Shown here piece by piece: positions 1 through 9,955 of a stretch of 64,000 bases of DNA. Every line of letters begins with the position of its first letter. Position 1 is the stretch's first letter. The translations under genes were made by a program, and so were the position numbers. Origin of the DNA: Candidatus Thorarchaeota archaeon (lineage in GTDB: Archaea > Asgardarchaeota > Thorarchaeia > Thorarchaeales > Thorarchaeaceae); the NCBI GenBank assembly GCA_003345545.1, contig PRDH01000017.1:11923-75922 (forward strand), read 5' to 3'. A model generated the notes under the pieces. It was given only the letters and a program-made list of their open reading frames with translations. It had not been told where the DNA came from and did not search any database.

Positions 1-65
1 CTGGGTAGACGTTCGTCGAAAATCACAGTGAGATCTCTTTTCACTTCGTCTTCCATGTCTGTCAT
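1..65 (-). CDS. 5' end of a CDS running off the left edge (MTDMEDEVKRDLTVIFDERLP...), unknown product
   Basis: ATG at 65-63 with an open frame to the window edge; divergent from the tRNA. Confidence 0.45.
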   Translation of the reverse strand, partial: MTDMEDEVKRDLTVIFDERLP

Positions 66-196
66 CTTGGATATTCTCTTAATCAACTACTGAAGTAGTA
101 AGATTATCGGAGATAAAAGCCAATTGAAATACTATCGTAGTGATTGCATCTGGTATCACTGCATTTGAAAAGATATGCGCAGTTTTTGCCGACATA

Positions 197-203
197 CTTA
201 AAA
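197..203 (+). promoter_or_regulatory. TATA-like box (CTTAAAA) of the tRNA-Cys gene
   Basis: AT-rich box about 30 nt upstream of the mature tRNA; similar CTTAAA boxes occur at 25401 and 41835. Confidence 0.5.
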
Positions 204-232
204 CAAGAGTAGCGTTTGGAAGGTCTAGACGA

Positions 233-307
233 GCCGGTTTGGCGGAGCAGCTACGCGAGAGACTGCAGATCTCTTCTACCAGGGTGCAAATCCCTGAGCC
301 GGCTCCA
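233..307 (+). tRNA. tRNA-Cys (GCA), intronless, CCA encoded
   Basis: Acceptor stem GCCGGTT/AGCCGGC; anticodon arm AGAGA-CT GCA GA-TCTCT; T arm CAGGG-TGCAAAT-CCCTG; U73 discriminator followed by CCA. Confidence 0.95.
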
Positions 308-474
308 TCGATTTCTTCCATATCTATTCCGGAATGAGTCCTGCGGTGCTCGAAGTCTTGTCGGAAACGTCAATAGCCACCAAATATCGCCTGGTTGTGA
401 AGCCCGCTAGACTGGAATGCATCATATACCAACTCTAAAAAGTGGATGTATGAGAAACAGGAATTGGTGGTTAA

Positions 475-1173
475 ATGAGTCAGGTACGGTTGCAGCACGG
501 AAGAGGCAGCTTCTCTGTATTTACAATCCTTGCGTTCACGATTCTCAGCTTATTCTTCCTTCAAGCTGTGGATATAGCTTTTGTGCAACTTGGCATCCCA
601 ATATGGCTGGCTATCATAATTATTCCCGGCTCGCTATTAGGGAGCCTGATCAACATACCGCTATACACGATTGAATCAGACTCAACTCCCTGTACCGAGG
701 CTCCACATGTTCAGTACTGGGGCGTTAGCTATCAAGTCGTTCAGCCTGATTGCCCTGGCAAGACCCGGATCAGCATCAATTTGGGAGGCGCTGTCATTCC
801 CGTCGCGGTGAGCACGTACCTCATATTCATGAATTTAGTTGCTTTCCTGCAATTCCTAATCGCTGTCACAGTTGTCACGCTTGTTGTCCATAGAGTGGCA
901 AGGATACAACCGGATGTTGGTATCCTCACTCCAGGATTCCTCCCCGCACTTGTGGCTGTCTTTGTGACTATAGTACTGCTAGCAGTCGCTCCGGGTGCGT
1001 ATAATGGCTATGCAATAGCCTATGTGTCCGGAACACTTGGCACTCTCATAGGTGCGGATATCTTGAATCTAGGAAAACTATCCAATCTCAGGACAGGAAG
1101 TGCCTCCATCGGGGGAGCTGGAACATGGGACGGCGTCTTTCTCACAGGCATTCTAGCTGTATTCTTGCTGTAG
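475..1173 (+). CDS. DUF1614 family membrane protein
   Basis: Multi-TM; motifs INLGGAVIP, GTLGTLIGADILNL, SIGGAGTWDGVF. Confidence 0.85.
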   Translation: MSQVRLQHGRGSFSVFTILAFTILSLFFLQAVDIAFVQLGIPIWLAIIIIPGSLLGSLINIPLYTIESDSTPCTEAPHVQYWGVSYQVVQPDCPGKTRISINLGGAVIPVAVSTYLIFMNLVAFLQFLIAVTVVTLVVHRVARIQPDVGILTPGFLPALVAVFVTIVLLAVAPGAYNGYAIAYVSGTLGTLIGADILNLGKLSNLRTGSASIGGAGTWDGVFLTGILAVFLL

Positions 1174-1356
1174 GCAGCCCATCGATGGTCATTCAGTGAT
1201 GAGCTGTGCAAACGCGTAGCATCCGTGCAAATCCCGGGCTCTTGCGCATGATGGCCCTTTCTGCAGCAGAGGACTGAGTTTCCTTAGCAAATGTTTGAAG
1301 TGATAGTTTTATTAGATTTCTTGACGAATGTCTAGTCAACCATTTGTCGAGGGAAA

Positions 1357-2010
1357 GTGTTGCCAGAAAGAGGGATGCACGCAGAGCCGCCAAATGCAAT
1401 AGAGTTGGATATCATCCGCTCCTTTGGCTGGTCCATTGTGGAGTTAGAGGAGACCCTATACGAGCGCTTTCTGCATTTGTCAGCCGCGCGCTCTCTTGTC
1501 CCTCGGGATACATTCCAGTCGCACCTTAGAGAGATGGAGGCCAAGGGATTCATTTCTCCAGTACGCCTTCATGGCATGAAGGGGTACAAACGGCTCCTGG
1601 CAGACAAGGATCTCGGGAAGTCTGTGTATCCGAATGTTCCGCTGGATGAGATCCGTCTTGCCTTGGGTAGTGTCAAAGCCAGACCTGCGTTAGAGAAGGC
1701 AAGGGCATCTACTAGGGTATCAGAAGACCTTTTCTCAAGTTCAGAAAGTGTCGGAGTGGCAATCCAAGCCGCGCTGGAGAACTGCATGCTGCGTGAAACT
1801 GGTCGGATCAGCAAAGGAGCAGTTCACGAGCACATGAAGAACATGTGTCAAGCCCTGAGCAAATCAGAGGAAGATCTCTTCGAGTACATTCGAGATCAAA
1901 CGCCTGGTATTCTCATCGAGGTTGGTCAGATTCTAAGGTCTCACGGACCTGATTTTCTTCTCCTATCCTTGCGATTGACTGAGGCTAACATAAGAAAGTA
2001 CAGCTACTGA
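1357..2010 (+). CDS. Hypothetical protein with probable N-terminal winged helix (start may be ATG 1375)
   Basis: 217-aa ORF; FQSHLREMEAKGFISPVRLHGMKGYKR resembles a wHTH recognition helix and wing. Confidence 0.6.
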   Translation: MLPERGMHAEPPNAIELDIIRSFGWSIVELEETLYERFLHLSAARSLVPRDTFQSHLREMEAKGFISPVRLHGMKGYKRLLADKDLGKSVYPNVPLDEIRLALGSVKARPALEKARASTRVSEDLFSSSESVGVAIQAALENCMLRETGRISKGAVHEHMKNMCQALSKSEEDLFEYIRDQTPGILIEVGQILRSHGPDFLLLSLRLTEANIRKYSY

Positions 2011-2165
2011 CACACGCAGAAATACTCCACGCATCACGGAAAGCACCGGGTGGCAGCTCTATCTGCTGCTCTCCTCTCCGAGCCAGCTATATGATTCCGG
2101 AGTCATCGGGTAGAACGATTTCAGGCCAGAATCTGGAAGGAGAGAGCAAGAATAGCCAAGCATTT

Positions 2166-3245
2166 CTACTTCTTCTTAACGGCGATGATAACTGCCGCCA
2201 CAATGAGTGTACCTGCAGCGACGAGTCCTAGTGTAAGTGGATCAACTGCATAGTTCATGCCAACAGAGAAACTCACAGACTCTCTCTCAATCTCAAGAGT
2301 GTGATTCGTATCCTCGACTTCGATATCGACTACAAACTCACCGTTTGCCGAAGCAGTGAATTGACCCGAATACACTCCATCGTCATCATCATCGAGGAGT
2401 TCGATGATATCAGTGAGCGTCCTATTGTTTTTGGTATATACTCGAGCATTTACCTCTGAGATGTTTTGATTGCCTGAGGATATTGCCACAGGTTGGTCAT
2501 CAAGGTCTGTGATCTCCGCAGTGATGGTAAAGGTGGTACCAATAGGTGCTGTCAGAGGTTCAATGCTTGCTGATTCCTTGAATGAATAACCCAATCCCTC
2601 CCGCACCAGAGCTAGGCAGACTTCCTCTGTTGGTGCAGCTTCATTTCCTCCTCCAGTCGGGCCTCCACCAGTGCCGCCTGTGATGAAGCGATTGTCTATG
2701 ACTGTGCGGTATCCTGTTCTCACTATTGCTCCGGCCTCTGCCATGTACACATTAGCGGCTAGATAGCCGACAACACTTGAACCATTCACGATATTGTCTG
2801 CATCTGCAAGAACCCTGTTACCAATGCAGACTGCAGCGATTAAGAGACCATTATCGTGGGCATATTCTATGGACTCAAGCGCCCTCGGACTTTGGACTAG
2901 GCTGTTCCACTGGCCGCCAGAAGGAATGAATAATGCATCAAACTGATTCAGAATATTGTTGTCGACCTGATTCAGGAGTAGGTCTGCAATTGTTCCTCGA
3001 GGTTCTTGGTTCAAACATGAGGGCACATCGGTATCCAAGGAGTCGGCAATTGTGGTGACATTGACTCCCCATGATTCAAGCAACTCCATTGCGTCAAAGT
3101 AATTCCACCCGAAGTAATCTGCAATGAGCATCAGCACCTTGATATCACTGATTGCCTGACCCTGTACTGCGGGCATGAGAACTGGGACTGGAACAACAGA
3201 AATCATCACAACTAGGGAAAGTAGAGTAATTGCTTTGAGTTTCAA
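2166..3245 (-). CDS. Secreted, C-terminally membrane-anchored DJ-1/PfpI-family protein
   Basis: Signal peptide; FDALFIPSGG and IAAVCIG nucleophile elbow; beta-rich domain with DDDDDGVYSG; C-terminal TM followed by KKK. Confidence 0.75.
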   Translation of the reverse strand: MKLKAITLLSLVVMISVVPVPVLMPAVQGQAISDIKVLMLIADYFGWNYFDAMELLESWGVNVTTIADSLDTDVPSCLNQEPRGTIADLLLNQVDNNILNQFDALFIPSGGQWNSLVQSPRALESIEYAHDNGLLIAAVCIGNRVLADADNIVNGSSVVGYLAANVYMAEAGAIVRTGYRTVIDNRFITGGTGGGPTGGGNEAAPTEEVCLALVREGLGYSFKESASIEPLTAPIGTTFTITAEITDLDDQPVAISSGNQNISEVNARVYTKNNRTLTDIIELLDDDDDGVYSGQFTASANGEFVVDIEVEDTNHTLEIERESVSFSVGMNYAVDPLTLGLVAAGTLIVAAVIIAVKKK

Positions 3246-3377
3246 TGGAATCCAAACTCGTTGCGTTCCTCTCCTATATTAGGAGCTGGTTTAACGCTGC
3301 TTCTGTTCGCACTCTAATCCTCCAAAGCGCGAATCTGGACACACATGGAAAAGTCTTCTGACCTACATCCGTTCACT

Positions 3378-4772
3378 CTAGCCTACTATAGAGAAATCGT
3401 CGAAGACAAGAGTCGGCATGTTTATGCCATAGGGAATAAGGAGGGGATCGTTTCCCACTTCTCGAAGATTCTTGAGTCCCTCATAGTAGTTGCCAGCGAC
3501 TGAAACGGGCTCAACGGGCCCCTTCAGTTCTCCATTCTCGACCAAGAATGCAGATGTTGCCACACAGGAGAAGTCCCCTGTCTCTACACTTGAATGGAAG
3601 ATACCGAGAGGAAAGTCGCGGATTAGTATTGCCTTTCCATCGATGGAGGAAATGATATCGTCTTCATTCTTCTTTCCAGGCACCACTTCCAGCCACTTCG
3701 TGGATGCTGTAGGTCTACTCTCATAGGGAGTGCCTCCACCAAAAACACTTCCACCTCTCGTGCAATTGCCGGTAGATTCAAGGCCATAGGCTTTTCCGAA
3801 GTAGTTGTCAAACAGGAAGTTCTTCAGTATGCCTCTTTCTACAATTGGATTTCTCCTCTGCGGAATTCCTTCTGCATCTATTGCATCTGTTTCCAATCCT
3901 AGGGGATCTTGGCCATCATCGATAATCGAGAACTTCTTTGAAGCAATTGTGTCTCCAATCCTATCGCAGAGCGGGGACACTCCATCGACCACTGGCCTGC
4001 CGACAGCGGACTGAGCCAAGCTGGATAGAACGTAGAGTGCGGCTGGGAGCGGAGTCCAAATTGTCTGCATCTTTGCTGTAACACCCATTTTCTTGGCGCC
4101 TAGAAGACTGATCGCGCGTATCGCAGCGTTTCTGCCCACGCCTTCAGTGTGGCAGATTCGTTCTCTGGAGGCATCAAAATCCAAGGCGCCTTTGCGCTCT
4201 TCTCCACTAATTGCATAGACATTCACCTGACAGGAGTTTCTGTTTTTGCGTGTTGCACGAAGTACTCCTCGTGTGTTGCCAATTGCGTAGCTACCCCATG
4301 ATGCTTTTGCCCCTGCAGTCACAACTCTGACTCTGGAGTCCACTGCTCTGGCTTCCTCAACTATCTCATGACAACTCCTGATGAGGTCATCAGTACCGAG
4401 TGTCAGAATTTCATCAGCAAAAGCTCCCTCTCTTCCGGCTCCCTGTGGATCAGCGAAACCCTGAAATCGATTGTCCTCGACATTCACACTATTGATTACG
4501 GCAAGGGCTTCTTTTGCAGCCTGTTTCACTCTCTCGATTGAGATTCCGCTTACCACAGCAAAACCTACCCGTTTCCCCCTAGCCGCTCGAACCGCACTAC
4601 CAGCCACTGCTCCATCTTGAGCAGTCACAACGCCCTGATCAATTTCTGCATTCATCCTGTTTTCAAAGTGCACATATATCTCAAACTCTGCAGAACTGTC
4701 CAGCCCTTTGACATACTTGAGGCCTGTATCAGTAATTGAGAGCAGTTCATCTTTTACGTTATCGAAATCCAT
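3378..4772 (-). CDS. pmbA: TldE/PmbA family protein
   Basis: DAEG-x-P, TGNCTR, TGDFS and PTL motifs; lacks HExxxH; follows tldD. Confidence 0.85.
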   Translation of the reverse strand: MDFDNVKDELLSITDTGLKYVKGLDSSAEFEIYVHFENRMNAEIDQGVVTAQDGAVAGSAVRAARGKRVGFAVVSGISIERVKQAAKEALAVINSVNVEDNRFQGFADPQGAGREGAFADEILTLGTDDLIRSCHEIVEEARAVDSRVRVVTAGAKASWGSYAIGNTRGVLRATRKNRNSCQVNVYAISGEERKGALDFDASRERICHTEGVGRNAAIRAISLLGAKKMGVTAKMQTIWTPLPAALYVLSSLAQSAVGRPVVDGVSPLCDRIGDTIASKKFSIIDDGQDPLGLETDAIDAEGIPQRRNPIVERGILKNFLFDNYFGKAYGLESTGNCTRGGSVFGGGTPYESRPTASTKWLEVVPGKKNEDDIISSIDGKAILIRDFPLGIFHSSVETGDFSCVATSAFLVENGELKGPVEPVSVAGNYYEGLKNLREVGNDPLLIPYGINMPTLVFDDFSIVG

Positions 4773-4790
4773 TCATGACCACCTCAGTAA

Positions 4791-6215
4791 TCATACCTCG
4801 CCGCCGAACGTGACATCATTGATGACGAGCTTGGGACCTCCCATACCCACAGGAAGAGGAAATTGATCACCCTTACCGCACCCCCCGAAATATCCGGATC
4901 GGAGTCTCAACTCTTTTGTTGCTCCTTCAACTCTGGAGAGTAGCTGGAGGATGTTACCTGAAAGAGAAACCTCTCGAATCGGGTATTGGACTGCTCCGTT
5001 TTCGACCCAATATCCTCTGTCTGCCTTGAAGAGAAAACTACCATCCCCCTCGACCTGGCCGCCCGATGTTTGAATTGCATAGATCCCCGTCCCGAGCAGC
5101 TCTAGTGCTTCTTCTTCGCTAAGTGTACCAGGAGAGAAGTATGTGTTGGTCATTCTTGGAATAGGCGGAAATACGAAACTCACGGCCCTTGCATTTCCTG
5201 TCGGTTGCTGGTCTAGTTTCTTTGCTGTGCCCCTGTTGTGCAGGTAATGCCGCAGAACGCCTCTATCCAGAACTACTGTCTGATTTGCAGCTGTACCCTG
5301 GTCATCGTATGGAACCCACAATCCACCATGTTTCTTGATATCAGGGGTTCCACCGTCAATGATCGTTGCATGTTCTGTACCCAGTGCTTTTCCGATTTTC
5401 TCAGTCAGTGGCGAACCTCCTGTCACAATGAAGTCCGCCTCACTAAGATGGCCAAACGACTCGTGAGCCAACACTCCAACAAGTTCTTCCTCAACTAGGG
5501 CACGAAAGCTGCCTGCAGGGCAAGCCTTCGCTGAAAGCTGCTCTCTTGCCCACTTGCCAGCGTTTTCGCCTAGCTTTTCCGGAGTAGACTCACCTCGCTC
5601 AAACTCCTCAAGACCCAGTGTTCCGCCCCTTCTGTCTGATCCATTGACCATGGCTCCTGTATCCGTCTTTGATGTGACTAATATGGTCAAATCTGTGACA
5701 AGGAATTCCCAACTGAGAGCGGCACCGTCACTGTTTGCAAACATCTTTGGACCGAACAGCTCTCCCCATAGCCCTCGGACACTCCGAATGTTCTCGCCGT
5801 ACTCCCTCGCGGACTCTACGGTTCTGTTGACCAAATCAATCTTGTGGCTGAGGTCTCTCTCCCTCGGGTGTATTCTCACTTTATGTGTGTCCGTTTTCTT
5901 GCTCTTCGCAGCAGGTCTGCCATCAAAGGGCAGTTTCAGTGTTGCAGCGCTACTGGATGCCTTCGCCATTCTATATGCCTTCTCTGCGGCCAATCGAATG
6001 TCCTTTGTATCTTGACTGGACGTGAATGAAAAGCCTGAGGCGCCATCCACATACGCAGTAATGGCAAATCCCATTCTTGATTTGACTTGGATGTCCTGCC
6101 ATGTGTCGTCAATCCGCTGAAGCGTTCTCAGTGTAAGATCATCGTATCTCGCTTCTATGAAATCTGCACCAAGATTCTCGCCAATATGGACACATTCCTG
6201 TAATTGATCCAGCAT
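4791..6215 (-). CDS. tldD: TldD family metalloprotease
   Basis: HESFGHLSEAD, YDDQG, RMTNT and CGKG..PV..GGP motifs. Confidence 0.9.
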   Translation of the reverse strand: MLDQLQECVHIGENLGADFIEARYDDLTLRTLQRIDDTWQDIQVKSRMGFAITAYVDGASGFSFTSSQDTKDIRLAAEKAYRMAKASSSAATLKLPFDGRPAAKSKKTDTHKVRIHPRERDLSHKIDLVNRTVESAREYGENIRSVRGLWGELFGPKMFANSDGAALSWEFLVTDLTILVTSKTDTGAMVNGSDRRGGTLGLEEFERGESTPEKLGENAGKWAREQLSAKACPAGSFRALVEEELVGVLAHESFGHLSEADFIVTGGSPLTEKIGKALGTEHATIIDGGTPDIKKHGGLWVPYDDQGTAANQTVVLDRGVLRHYLHNRGTAKKLDQQPTGNARAVSFVFPPIPRMTNTYFSPGTLSEEEALELLGTGIYAIQTSGGQVEGDGSFLFKADRGYWVENGAVQYPIREVSLSGNILQLLSRVEGATKELRLRSGYFGGCGKGDQFPLPVGMGGPKLVINDVTFGGEV

Positions 6216-6436
6216 ATCTTTGGAACCTCACTATCATCAAGTGATTCAGGATGCATGAAACTGGTCACTACCTATTGAGCTTCTGGTCATTACTGCCCAC
6301 TGGGTGGCCACTCAGGAAAATGCGAGCTCGTGGCTAGGTATCATTTGGCATCCGTATTCTGGCGAGTGAATACTAGCCTGCTCTTAAAGGATGGCTCCAG
6401 AGCAGAGTTTGTGTAAAGTGACTATTTCCTGCCTGC

Positions 6437-7186
6437 TTACAAGATTCTGTACCAGTAGTCGTACATGGTTTCGAAACCCATTGATTCGTAGAGCTCCAGA
6501 GCTTCTGTGTTGCTTGCTTCGACCTGAATAAATGCTCTTGCTGCCCCGAGGTCCTCCCCCCACATCACCAGACCGCAGGTGACAGACCATCCAACACCAC
6601 GATGCTGATACTCCGGAATTGTTCTGATAGAGAAGAGACCAAGCCATTTCTCTCTGACTACACCAAGACCCACTCCTGCAATCTTGCCGTCAATCATGAC
6701 GCGAGCAATTCCCTTTTCACCCTCGATTCTGTTGATGATTCCTCGCCTCGCCTCGATAGCAGCTTCTCCCATCCCTGATTCGTACATCAGTGTATTGATG
6801 GAGTCATCATTGACCTTGATGATGTCGACAGGAACCTTAGGGTAGAAACTGGACAATTCATCAATAGACATCGTCTGAATATGGGTCAACCTACCTTTTT
6901 CAAAGCCCATATTTGCGAGGCCTTCATCTATATCCTTGGGTTCGCTCGCCTCAGTGACTTTGAAAGCAGGTGGCGTTCCTCTCTGGTTATAGAATGCGAT
7001 GACGTGTCTTATTGCCTCCTCAAGTTGCACCTCTTCGATTGACCCAAGCGGAAGGACACTATTGGCTCTCCATGTTATGCCGTCATTCCAGTTCATTATC
7101 CACCCTGTGTACCTCTCAGTTTCTCTCGCCGGCCAGAACTGGGCTGTCAGATATTCCATCTCTTTGATGTCCTTGGATGACACCAT
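6437..7186 (-). CDS. GNAT family N-acetyltransferase
   Basis: QHRGVG motif A; N..ALELYESMGF; N-terminal RANSV. Confidence 0.85.
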   Translation of the reverse strand: MVSSKDIKEMEYLTAQFWPARETERYTGWIMNWNDGITWRANSVLPLGSIEEVQLEEAIRHVIAFYNQRGTPPAFKVTEASEPKDIDEGLANMGFEKGRLTHIQTMSIDELSSFYPKVPVDIIKVNDDSINTLMYESGMGEAAIEARRGIINRIEGEKGIARVMIDGKIAGVGLGVVREKWLGLFSIRTIPEYQHRGVGWSVTCGLVMWGEDLGAARAFIQVEASNTEALELYESMGFETMYDYWYRIL

Positions 7187-7291
7187 ATCGATTCCCTACT
7201 ATTCCTGCGTACGATGTTCACACTTATAGTAGTTTCATCCAGCTCTGCCAGAACGATATACTTATTATTCACAATAGTTAAAACCTGGCCC

Positions 7292-7660
7292 ATGTCACGA
7301 GTAATTCATTTTGAGATTCTTGCAGATGATGCTAAGCGCATCTCTCGATTCTATGAGAGAGTATTCGGATGGACAGTTCAGAAGTGGAATGGGCCTATTG
7401 ACTACTGGTTTCTTATGACCGGAGATCCAAAGGAACCAGGTATTGATGGTGCCTTTGCAATGAGACAAGGTCCCGATGATTTCAACGTAAACACAATCGG
7501 CGTTCCCTCGATTGATGATGCTATCAAGAGGATTACCAAGAATGGTGGCAAGATCATTCGACCAAAAAGCACGCTGCCTGGCGTGGGCTATCTTGCTTAC
7601 TTCAAAGATACAGAAGGCAACATCTGGGGCATAATGCAGAGTGATACTTCTGCAAAGTGA
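7292..7660 (+). CDS. VOC/glyoxalase family protein
   Basis: VIHFEI, FYERVFGW and FKDTEGNIWGI; ATG 7292 preferred over 7214. Confidence 0.85.
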   Translation: MSRVIHFEILADDAKRISRFYERVFGWTVQKWNGPIDYWFLMTGDPKEPGIDGAFAMRQGPDDFNVNTIGVPSIDDAIKRITKNGGKIIRPKSTLPGVGYLAYFKDTEGNIWGIMQSDTSAK

Positions 7661-7669
7661 ACGATAAAA

Positions 7670-7693
7670 CGCAAGACCTTTCTTGCGGGTCTC
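7670..7693 (+). promoter_or_regulatory. 7-bp inverted repeat CGCAAGA-CCTT-TCTTGCG abutting a GGTCTC site upstream of the MTase genes
   Basis: Perfect inverted repeat at 7670-7687 and GGTCTC at 7688-7693; function not established. Confidence 0.35.
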
Positions 7694-7714
7694 ACGACAG
7701 TCTGATGACCCATC

Positions 7715-9952
7715 TTGGAAGATAGAATCAGAAGTCTGGCATGGTCAATGCTCTGTGATGTTCGCGATCATGCCGCTCTAGATTCCTCACACAAGTCAAG
7801 AGTTCAGATTGATCCAGTACGTCTTGCAGCGCTGAATTGGATTGTCACCTATCGCTTTGGCAATGACTATCTAGGTCTCAATGAGGACCAGTTGCTGTTC
7901 TCTGAGCTCTCCTACGAGAGTGAGAAACGCGGAGCAGCTAGGAAAGAAGTGGGAGAACTTGCTCGGTCAATAATTGAGGGGCTGAAACTGGAGCAATACG
8001 ACAGGATTAAGAGAATCCCTCTAAATGACTTCATTGAGCTCCTAGGGCGAATTCACGCTCTAGGTTCATATCAATTACCTCCCACCATACAGCAGGCTTC
8101 GTTTCAGAAACCTCTTGGTGCTTTCTACACACCTCAATCTCTTGCAGATTATATTGTACGGCTCACACTGGGACCGAGACTGCGAGAGCATGTTCGTTAT
8201 GTCAGAAAGAAAGGCATCTCTGCATTCAGAAGTCTTGCCTCCCTGCTTACGGTAGATCCTGCCTGTGGCTCTGGCGTGTTCCTTGTCTCAGCACTGCGGG
8301 CAATGAAGCAGGCATTACATGATGCCACTCAAGTCCTCGAGCGCATAGGCATTTCAAAGGATGAAATCGATGACTCACTTACGGATGGCTCTCCACGAAT
8401 CTATGGGGTGGACCTAGATGCGGGAGCATTGGAGGTTGCTGATGTATCACTGCGCATCGTGGAAAGCTCAGGGTCTCCGACATTCGGAAGCAGTCACATT
8501 GGTTCGACTCTGAAGAGAGGGAATTCCCTTATTTCGCTTAACGGTATTTCAGATATATCCAATCACCGATGTTTCTTCCGCAATCCAGATGGAAGGACTC
8601 CATTTGAATGGCGAAACGCATTCAAGGAGGTGTTTTGCCCGGAGCAGGGGGGCTTTGACTTCGTTGTGATGAATCCGCCCTACGAACGCCTAAAGCCAAA
8701 CTTGGCAGAGTTCATGAGAGAGCAGTTGCTGAGTGGCGAGAGGGAGATTCATGCGAGTAGGTTTGAGGAATACAAGGCTGATATCCGCGAGAGTTCAAGG
8801 TACTTCCGTGAATCGAAGGAATTCCATCTCGCGACGAGCTATTCCCTCAATACGTACCAACTCTTCATCGAGCGAGCATTGCAGATCATAAAGACAAATG
8901 GCAATATCGGATTCATCGTACCATCAAACATCTTGTCTGATATTTCAACGGCGCGCCTTAGGCAGGAGCTTCTTCTTCGAAATGTCGTGAACGTTATTGA
9001 TGAGTTCCCGGAGGCATCGAGGCTTTTCACTGGTGTGACACAGTCGGTGTCTATAATCAGTCTGACGAAAGGAGGTCGCACGGGCATCTTTGAGATTGGT
9101 CTGAATCGAACTGGCGTGAACGATGCTTCCAGACGTGGGAGGCACAAAGTCAATCTCTGGCGGATTCTCCAGACCATGGGTCAGTCACTTGTCATACCCC
9201 GTGTAGATGCGCTCGGTCTCGCATACTTGGAGATAATGCACAGACAGCCATCTCTCTCATCACTAGGCTGGATTCTGGCGAGGCGCGGTGAATTAGACCT
9301 CACTCTGAACAAGACGTATATTTCCTCTGATGAATCAGACGCAAGGCTGATCAGAGGATCTCATATCAGACGTTTCCATCTCACAGAGGCCGTGCGCGCT
9401 CCGGAATTCGTTGACTTGGAATCATTTCGAAGGACTCTCAATGCATCGGAGCGGTCAGAACATGTCTCGATGAAGCGAATCATCTGCCAGCAGATCTCAA
9501 ACATGGGACAGAGATGGAGACTGAAATTTGCTCCAGTTGAACCTCTCACGATTCTTTCCAACTCGTGCAACTATCTAGTGGATATGCATCCTGATTCGTC
9601 TAGATACTTAGATTTTCTTCTGGGAATCCTGAACTCAGAGCTTCTTAACTGGAGATTCCAGATTGCGAGCTCGAATAATCACGTGTCTATTCGTGAACTT
9701 CAGAGTCTACCTATATCGCAGCCTTCAAGCGGGCAGAGCAAATTGGAACAAACAGTGGTCAGGGAGGTTCAGAAGCTCAAGGCTGGAACCCGTGATTTTT
9801 CGGCTCCGCTGGATGCGTCAACCTTTGCGCTCTATGGACTAGGGGTGAAAGAGGCTAATGGAATTCTCACCCTGCGAAAGACTCCTGAGAATCAAAGCGA
9901 TGAAATCCTTGATGAGCTGTCGAAGATGGAGGGAGAAAGTCTTTCAGGATAG
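7715..9952 (+). CDS. N6-adenine DNA methyltransferase, Alw26I/Eco31I/Esp3I family
   Basis: GAFYTP, VDPACGSGVFL (motif I) and MNPPY (motif IV); C-terminal RGELDLT, QQISN..RLKFA, SNSCNY and NNHVS segments typical of the family. Confidence 0.85.
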   Translation: MEDRIRSLAWSMLCDVRDHAALDSSHKSRVQIDPVRLAALNWIVTYRFGNDYLGLNEDQLLFSELSYESEKRGAARKEVGELARSIIEGLKLEQYDRIKRIPLNDFIELLGRIHALGSYQLPPTIQQASFQKPLGAFYTPQSLADYIVRLTLGPRLREHVRYVRKKGISAFRSLASLLTVDPACGSGVFLVSALRAMKQALHDATQVLERIGISKDEIDDSLTDGSPRIYGVDLDAGALEVADVSLRIVESSGSPTFGSSHIGSTLKRGNSLISLNGISDISNHRCFFRNPDGRTPFEWRNAFKEVFCPEQGGFDFVVMNPPYERLKPNLAEFMREQLLSGEREIHASRFEEYKADIRESSRYFRESKEFHLATSYSLNTYQLFIERALQIIKTNGNIGFIVPSNILSDISTARLRQELLLRNVVNVIDEFPEASRLFTGVTQSVSIISLTKGGRTGIFEIGLNRTGVNDASRRGRHKVNLWRILQTMGQSLVIPRVDALGLAYLEIMHRQPSLSSLGWILARRGELDLTLNKTYISSDESDARLIRGSHIRRFHLTEAVRAPEFVDLESFRRTLNASERSEHVSMKRIICQQISNMGQRWRLKFAPVEPLTILSNSCNYLVDMHPDSSRYLDFLLGILNSELLNWRFQIASSNNHVSIRELQSLPISQPSSGQSKLEQTVVREVQKLKAGTRDFSAPLDASTFALYGLGVKEANGILTLRKTPENQSDEILDELSKMEGESLSG

Positions 9953-9955
9953 AGG

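Noticed and set aside
79-410. Short ORFs at 79-321, 140-337 and 216-410
   Set aside because: They overlap the tRNA-Cys gene and its promoter, so they are spurious.
6300-6315. Near-palindrome CTGGGTGGCCACTCAG upstream of tldD
   Set aside because: Single short imperfect palindrome with no second copy noticed.
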